Assembly: GCA_900542795.1 (NCBI GenBank)
Contig: UQPD01000001.1
Span: 1-35,744, forward strand
Source: an uncultured Prevotella sp.
GTDB taxonomy: Bacteria; Bacteroidota; Bacteroidia; Bacteroidales; Bacteroidaceae
Reading direction: 5' to 3'
DNA: 35,744 bases
Every line of letters begins with the position of its first letter. Within the stretch, counting starts at the first letter, position 1. Under the pieces are notes generated by a model. It saw only the letters and a program-made list of their open reading frames with translations. It made no database searches and was not told the origin of the DNA. Positions 30,594-35,744 of this stretch are shown here, one piece after another. The position numbers and the translations under genes were made by a program.

Positions 30594-31451
30594 ATGAGAC
30601 AGTTAAAAGTTTCAGTCACCATTACCGAACGTAGTGGCGAAGCTATTGAAAGATATTTACAAGACATTAACCGTGAAGAATTAATTACTCCCGACGAAGA
30701 AACTGAATTAGCACGCCGCATTCACAAGGGCGATGAACAAGCACTCGAAAAGTTGGTTAAAGCTAATTTACGTTTTGTGGTGAGTGTAGCCAAACAATAT
30801 TTAGGACAGGGCATAGGACTGATTGACCTTATTAATGAAGGGAATATTGGACTCATTACAGCTGCTCGCAAATATGATGAAACGCGCGGTTTTAAGTTTA
30901 TTTCGTATGCAGTGTGGTGGATTAGACAGAGCATTTTACAAGCCTTGGCAGAGAATAGCCGTTTGGTACGCCTTCCACTCAACCAAGTGGGTAATGTAAG
31001 CAAGGTTAATCGATTTCTCAACAAATTTGTGCAAGAAAATGAGCGTCGTCCGTCGCCCGAAGAAGTTGCCGAAGCCTTAGGTGTGGAAGATGGCAAGATG
31101 AACAGTGTGCTATTTTCGGCTGGTCGCCACATCTCTATGGACGCTCCTTTGGTTGAGGACGAGGATAGTTGTTTACTCGACTTAATGACGAACCAAGATA
31201 GCGATGTAACTGACTCTGCCTTAATTTCAGAGTCGATGAAGGAAGAAATTCATCGTGCCCTTGATGCGCTCCCCGAACGCGAAGCTGAGGTTATCAAAAT
31301 GTATTTTGGTATCAATACTCCCGAAATGGGACTTGAAGAAATTGGCCAACACCTCAACCTTAGCCGCGAACGTGTAAGACAAATCAAAGAGAAAGCTTTG
31401 ATGCTGTTAAGAAATGCACAAATTGGAACGGTGTTGAAAGAATACCTTTAA
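30594..31451 (+). CDS. RpoD/SigA-family RNA polymerase sigma factor (short Bacteroidetes type, lacking region 1.1), probably a paralog
   Basis: NLRFVVSVAKQY, DLINEGNIGL, DETRGFKFISYAVWWIRQSI and region 4 LEEIG-xx-L-x-LSRERVRQIKEKAL. Confidence 0.92.
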   Translation: MRQLKVSVTITERSGEAIERYLQDINREELITPDEETELARRIHKGDEQALEKLVKANLRFVVSVAKQYLGQGIGLIDLINEGNIGLITAARKYDETRGFKFISYAVWWIRQSILQALAENSRLVRLPLNQVGNVSKVNRFLNKFVQENERRPSPEEVAEALGVEDGKMNSVLFSAGRHISMDAPLVEDEDSCLLDLMTNQDSDVTDSALISESMKEEIHRALDALPEREAEVIKMYFGINTPEMGLEEIGQHLNLSRERVRQIKEKALMLLRNAQIGTVLKEYL

Positions 31452-31454
31452 TAA

Positions 31455-31810
31455 TTAAGTATTAAGTGTTAAGTATTAAGTATTACATTCTTGATGAGTT
31501 CTAAGTAATAGGTAATACAAACTATAATGCGCCTTGAAAGGGCAAACTGTGCATAGCCCCAGGGCAAGCGAAGCGACACCCTGGGATAAGTAATACATTC
31601 TTGACAAGTACTAAGTAATAAGTAACTCAAGTTTCGGATTTAGTCAAGACGGGCTGAATTATCGTGCAAACCGAATACAATCAAGCTTGCTTGAATTGTT
31701 GAGGTGCAGCCGATAATGCATAGCAAAGCCCAAAAGCGCCCAGGGCAAGCGAAGCGACACCCTGGGGTTACGGATTGCCATAGCATTGAGCCCTGTAAGG
31801 GCAAAAGCAT
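31455..31810 (+). repeat. Mosaic intergenic repeat cluster (heptamer arrays, REP-like palindromes, long hairpin)
   Basis: (TTAAGTR)x4 TTACATTCTTG (31455-31493); further TAAGTAA-type units at 31502, 31587 and 31612; identical 28-mers CCCAGGGCAAGCGAAGCGACACCCTGGG at 31558 and 31739; GCCTTGAAAGGGC and GCCCTGTAAGGGC; hairpin 31658-31717. Confidence 0.85.
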
Positions 31811-31908
31811 TCAATGTTGGAAAGAGGTATAAAGCACAATGACCATGTTGAAGCATGGTCATTAGCATATTAACACATAAAAAGTGACTTTTATCAATAA
31901 AAATTGAC

Positions 31909-31916
31909 TAACTTTG
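31909..31916 (+). promoter_or_regulatory. Primary-sigma -7 box of the kinase/peptidase/PqqD operon
   Basis: TAACTTTG(CA) about 40 nt upstream of ATG 31959. Confidence 0.7.
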
Positions 31917-31958
31917 CAGTGCAAAAAAATACGCTACAAACAAGTTAAAAGCAACAAT

Positions 31959-32387
31959 ATGAAACAGTATATAAAACTCGTAATGGCCCTATTGCTATTG
32001 GCAGTTTCGGCTACACAAGTGACAGAAGCTAAGAGCAATACGCCTAAAAAGACCATTTACGCCTTTGCATACGGCACAAACTTTAATGACTCAACGGCTT
32101 ACATTTCAGCCATTACAGCACTGCCCAATGTGCAACTCGAACCCAAAACAAAATTTCTGCTATCGCGTAGCCAATACGCTTTGCAACTAAAACAATATTT
32201 AGAGAAAAACTATGGCGGACACTTTATGTGTGCCGTGCTTTTCAATACCAAAAAAGATAAACTCGAAAAGCGCTACGTTAAAATGCGCCGAAGTGCTGCT
32301 AACAAAAAGGCGAATGTACGCCTTGTGGAAATTCCCGTAACGGACTTTACACTAAAACCCGTAATTGAAACAGAACCCCAACAATAA
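31959..32387 (+). CDS. Secreted hypothetical protein
   Basis: Signal peptide MKQYIKLVMALLLLAVSATQVTEA. The start is moved to ATG 31959 because the TTG of the ORF track lies inside the promoter box. Confidence 0.75.
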   Translation: MKQYIKLVMALLLLAVSATQVTEAKSNTPKKTIYAFAYGTNFNDSTAYISAITALPNVQLEPKTKFLLSRSQYALQLKQYLEKNYGGHFMCAVLFNTKKDKLEKRYVKMRRSAANKKANVRLVEIPVTDFTLKPVIETEPQQ

Positions 32388-32401
32388 GCCCACACATACA
32401 C

Positions 32402-33277
32402 ATGGAAACACTTTTCTTTAAAGTTGCCGACATCCTCTTTACCATTCAAGGCAAAAGTGCAGACGAACTTAAAAAGTTGCTGCCCTCATACGCCCCCTTT
32501 AATATTGCAGCTACCGATGCAAAACCTGCATTAAGCTTAACTGTGGAGGATGGAGCTATTGACACAAGTGCAGTGGGCGAAGAACTCGGACAATTTGACT
32601 GCGGTGGAAGCAACCACGGCATTTATCGCACTGAGCAAGGCTACAAAATTATTATCAGCACCGTTGAGGGCAACGTAGCAAGTGCCATGCTCACGAATGC
32701 TGATTTTTCGGTATGCAAAGTTTCATTATTTGGCAACGATGCCGACCGCCTTTTTGGCATAGGCAACGCCATGATGATAGCCTTTGCCTTTGCTGCAGCC
32801 TATTACGACACCATTTTGATGCACGCCTCGGTCACTATGAACGAGGGACGTGGCTACTTGTTCTTAGGCAAGAGTGGCACAGGCAAAAGCACACATTCAA
32901 GACTATGGATGAAGCATATTGCTGGTAGCGACTTGCTTAACGACGACAACCCTGCCGTACGCTTCACACCTCAAGGAGCTATTGTTTATGGCACACCATG
33001 GAGTGGCAAAACCCCTTGCTACCGCAATTTGCAAGTACCTATTGGTGCCTATGTGCGCCTTGAGCAACACCCCGAAAACATTATCTGTCGCGAAACGCCA
33101 TTACAGGCATTTGCCTCAATTCTCTCATCGTGCTCAACCATGATGTGGGACAAACCCTCATACCAACACATCACACGCACTGTTGAAAAAGTGGTAACAC
33201 ACGTACCTGTGTTCTACCTTAAATGCCGTGCCGATGCCGAAGCTGCACAACTCAGCCACGACACCATCACTGCATAA
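32402..33277 (+). CDS. HPr-kinase/PEPCK-like P-loop kinase (HprK-related, ScmC/PadeK-like)
   Basis: ILMHAS, Walker A FLGKSGTGKST, LLNDD and YGTPWSGK. Confidence 0.8.
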   Translation: METLFFKVADILFTIQGKSADELKKLLPSYAPFNIAATDAKPALSLTVEDGAIDTSAVGEELGQFDCGGSNHGIYRTEQGYKIIISTVEGNVASAMLTNADFSVCKVSLFGNDADRLFGIGNAMMIAFAFAAAYYDTILMHASVTMNEGRGYLFLGKSGTGKSTHSRLWMKHIAGSDLLNDDNPAVRFTPQGAIVYGTPWSGKTPCYRNLQVPIGAYVRLEQHPENIICRETPLQAFASILSSCSTMMWDKPSYQHITRTVEKVVTHVPVFYLKCRADAEAAQLSHDTITA

Positions 33278-33300
33278 CCCCATTCATGACGCGAAAGAAA

Positions 33301-33768
33301 ATGGAAAAGCGTATATTACAAGTACCCAACCACATCTTAATTACCGAAATTAAACGCTCTATTGACAACGGACAAAGTGCCACCTTCAGAGTTAAAGGCT
33401 TCAGCATGCGTCCGTTTCTTGAAAACGAGCGCGATGTGGTGAAGGTAGAACAAATCGATCCACAACTCATTAAGAAAGGAGATGTGGTGTTGGCTGAAAT
33501 TCAACCACAAACCTACGTGCTACACCGTGTAGCAGACCGCACAGACAACCAACTGACACTGCGAGGCGATGGCAATGCCTATGGAGTGGAACATTGCACC
33601 GACACTGACGTTGTGGGCATCATTACCGCCTTTTATCGCAAAGGGCGCAAAAATGCTGACCTTGTGAGCGGATTGAAATGGAAAATCTACTCTTTGCTCT
33701 GGCCCTCTAACTGCTTGATACGACGCGTGTTGTTAGGCATTTATCGCCGACAACCCTTTAGACTGTAA
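33301..33768 (+). CDS. S24/S26-family (signal-peptidase-like) peptidase
   Basis: V-x-GFSMRPFL (catalytic Ser), GDVVL, VLHRV and RGDGN. Alternative start ATG 33286. No N-terminal TM anchor. Confidence 0.8.
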   Translation: MEKRILQVPNHILITEIKRSIDNGQSATFRVKGFSMRPFLENERDVVKVEQIDPQLIKKGDVVLAEIQPQTYVLHRVADRTDNQLTLRGDGNAYGVEHCTDTDVVGIITAFYRKGRKNADLVSGLKWKIYSLLWPSNCLIRRVLLGIYRRQPFRL

Positions 33769-33804
33769 AAGCCTTTTGTAAATAACAAACCCCTCTTTAT
33801 AACA

Positions 33805-34074
33805 ATGAAACTTAAACCCGGATTTGAACTTCGCGATATCTGTGGCGAAAAAGTGATTATTGCCACAGGTATTGAAAATGTAGACTTTAACCAAATGATT
33901 GCACTCAACGAAAGTGCTGCCGAATTATGGCAAGCCGTTGAAGGCAAAGAATTTGATGCACAGACCTTGGCTGATTGGCTCTGCGAGAATTACGAAGTGG
34001 AGAGCGCACAAGCACTTGCCGATGCACAGAAATTGATTAGCGACTGGACTGCTCAAGGCATTATCGAAGCCTAA
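33805..34074 (+). CDS. PqqD-family protein (stand-alone RiPP recognition element)
   Basis: 89 aa with the pattern F-x-LR-x-I-x-GE...LNESAA-x-LW...L-xxx-YEV...A-xx-D...GII. Confidence 0.85.
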   Translation: MKLKPGFELRDICGEKVIIATGIENVDFNQMIALNESAAELWQAVEGKEFDAQTLADWLCENYEVESAQALADAQKLISDWTAQGIIEA

Positions 34075-34132
34075 TCCCACCTCTCCTCACACACTAAGCA
34101 AAAAAATTCTCTTAAAATATTCTTCAAAAAAA

Positions 34133-35314
34133 ATGAAAGAGTTATCCTTGAAGTATGGTTGCAACCCCAACCAAAAGCCAGCACGCATCTATATGGAAGA
34201 AGGCGAACTGCCTATTGAGGTGCTTGGCGGACGTCCTGGTTACATCAACTTTCTTGATGCACTGAACGGTTGGCAACTTGTACGCGAACTGTATGCCGCA
34301 ACAGGTTTACCCGCTGCAGCATCGTTCAAACACGTATCGCCTGCTGGTGCAGCCGTAGGTTTGCCCATGAGCGACACACTTAAAAAGATTTACTTTGTCG
34401 ACGACATTACCGAGCCCCTCTCACCCATAGCTACAGCCTATGCACGTGCACGTGGTGCCGACCGCATGTCATCATATGGTGACTTCATCTCACTTTCACA
34501 CACATGCGACAAAGCCACTGCCCTGCTCATTAAGCGCGAGGTGAGCGATGGTATTATTGCTCCCGACTACACCGAAGAAGCGCTCGAAATATTGCGTGCT
34601 AAGCGCAAAGGTACATACGTTATCTTGAAGATGGACGTAAACTATCGTCCTGCTCCCATCGAGCACAAGCAAGTGTTTGGTGTTACCTTCGAACAAGGTC
34701 GCAACGAAATTGACTTGTCGGGCGACAACCTCTTCGAGAACATCCCTACCGAAAACAAAAACTTCACTGAAGAAGCTAAGCGTGACTTAAAAATTGCACT
34801 AATCACACTGAAGTACACACAGTCTAACTCTGTGTGCTACGTAAAGGATGGTCAAGCCATTGGTATCGGTGCTGGTCAGCAGAGCCGCATCCACTGCACG
34901 CGTTTGGCAGGTAACAAGGCTGACATTTGGTGGTTACGCCAGCACCCCAAAGTAATGAATTTGCCTTGGGTCGAAAAAATTCGTCGTGCCGATCGCGACA
35001 ACACCATCGACATTTACATCTCTGAAGATCACGACGATGTGCTTGCTGATGGTGCTTGGCAACAGTTCTTCACCGAGAAGCCCGAAGTACTCACACTCGA
35101 AGAAAAGAAGGCTTGGATAGCACAGAACACTAACGTATGCTTAGGTTCAGATGCATTCTTCCCCTTCGGCGATAACATTGAACGCGCTCACAAAAGCGGT
35201 GTGCAATATGTAGCACAGGCTGGCGGCAGCGTACGCGACGACCATGTTATTTCAACTTGCAACAAGTATGAAATGGCTATGGCATTCACTGGCATCCGTT
35301 TGTTCCACCACTAA
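34133..35314 (+). CDS. purH: AICAR formyltransferase (stand-alone PurH transformylase domain)
   Basis: LKYGCNPNQ, GYINFLDA, SFKHVSPAG, SNSV, GIGAGQQSRI, SDAFFPF-x-D, GGSVRD and RLFHH. It lacks the N-terminal IMP-cyclohydrolase (MGS-like) domain. Confidence 0.88.
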   Translation: MKELSLKYGCNPNQKPARIYMEEGELPIEVLGGRPGYINFLDALNGWQLVRELYAATGLPAAASFKHVSPAGAAVGLPMSDTLKKIYFVDDITEPLSPIATAYARARGADRMSSYGDFISLSHTCDKATALLIKREVSDGIIAPDYTEEALEILRAKRKGTYVILKMDVNYRPAPIEHKQVFGVTFEQGRNEIDLSGDNLFENIPTENKNFTEEAKRDLKIALITLKYTQSNSVCYVKDGQAIGIGAGQQSRIHCTRLAGNKADIWWLRQHPKVMNLPWVEKIRRADRDNTIDIYISEDHDDVLADGAWQQFFTEKPEVLTLEEKKAWIAQNTNVCLGSDAFFPFGDNIERAHKSGVQYVAQAGGSVRDDHVISTCNKYEMAMAFTGIRLFHH

Positions 35315-35325
35315 TTCCTTGCCCC

Positions 35326-35535
35326 ATGCGCAAAGCCTCCGACGATGAAATTACGCAGGCAATGACCGTGGGCATTACCTTTAAAAAGGCAAAGCTCAAA
35401 CCTGCAACAAACGAGAATAAGGTTAAGACGAAGGCAAAGAAGAAAACGTATATCACCGGACTGCATGGTTCGGGTGCTGCTAAAAAGAAAGCCGACATTA
35501 GACAGCGCCGCGCCAATCGTCATAAAAACAAATAG
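35326..35535 (+). CDS. Small highly basic hypothetical protein
   Basis: 69-aa ORF 11 nt after the purH stop and directly before a terminator; K/R-rich. Confidence 0.65.
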   Translation: MRKASDDEITQAMTVGITFKKAKLKPATNENKVKTKAKKKTYITGLHGSGAAKKKADIRQRRANRHKNK

Positions 35536-35541
35536 TTTCAT

Positions 35542-35585
35542 AAAACAGTTCATGCCCTACGTTGGGTGTGAACTGTTTTTGTTTT
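35542..35585 (+). terminator. Rho-independent terminator
   Basis: AAAACAGTTCATGCCC-tacgtt-GGGTGTGAACTGTTTT followed by T's. Confidence 0.85.
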
Positions 35586-35744
35586 ACTGCATAAAATGTT
35601 TGCTTTTCAGCACAAAGTTGAGGCTTAAGTAATGTTCAAAAAACAACTCCCGCAGAAATAGGGTCATATTTTTCATTAGAATCTTTCATGCGCCAGCCTC
35701 ACCCCATTCGGGGTGATATATGGTAGCCAGGTATGTGAATGAGG

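Noticed and set aside
31716..31832. 38-aa ORF MHSKAQKRPGQAKRHPGVTDCHSIEPCKGKSIQCWKEV as the RiPP precursor
   Set aside because: It is built mostly from REP-like repeat sequence, lies upstream of the operon promoter, and has no recognisable RRE-binding leader motif.
34075..34132. ZMP/ZTP riboswitch upstream of purH
   Set aside because: The gap is only 58 nt, A/C-rich and has no visible structure.

Overview
Housekeeping-rich chromosomal window from a Bacteroidales bacterium, probably Prevotellaceae. The taxon is inferred from the TAnnTTTG promoter boxes, the short RpoD-type sigma factor, the gene families present and the Bacteroidales-type SRP RNA. Gene content in order: TlpA-type redoxin; dpm1-like GT2, pyrC, plsC-like acyltransferase, engB; an orphan histidine kinase; an Omp85-like barrel plus a PCMD protein; an RND efflux operon (MFP, permease, TolC) ending in an LpxA paralog; a YiiX-like amidase; a DUF4878-like lipoprotein; an aldo/keto reductase; serS, ruvX, def, a TPR protein and a GH2 beta-galactosidase; an ffs-tRNA-Thr-tRNA-Thr operon; a DUF3078 protein; a divergent RpoD-like sigma; an HprK-like kinase/S24-S26 peptidase/PqqD(RRE) cassette; a stand-alone AICAR transformylase; and a small basic protein. 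The most notable signals are: (1) a dispersed family of elements built from 7-bp tandem repeats (TAAGTAA/TTAAGTA, usually followed by TACATTCTT) at four intergenic sites. At one site they bracket, as inverted arms, an AT-rich four-helix-bundle gene inside the RND operon, and at another they bracket an 11-mer minisatellite. (2) An orphan RiPP-like kinase-peptidase-RRE cassette with no visible precursor peptide or cyclase. (3) An RND permease with an apparent internal duplication that adds two TM helices. (4) A probable second RpoD-like sigma. No transposase, integrase, CRISPR array or phage gene was seen. All family assignments come from motif recognition, not from database searches.
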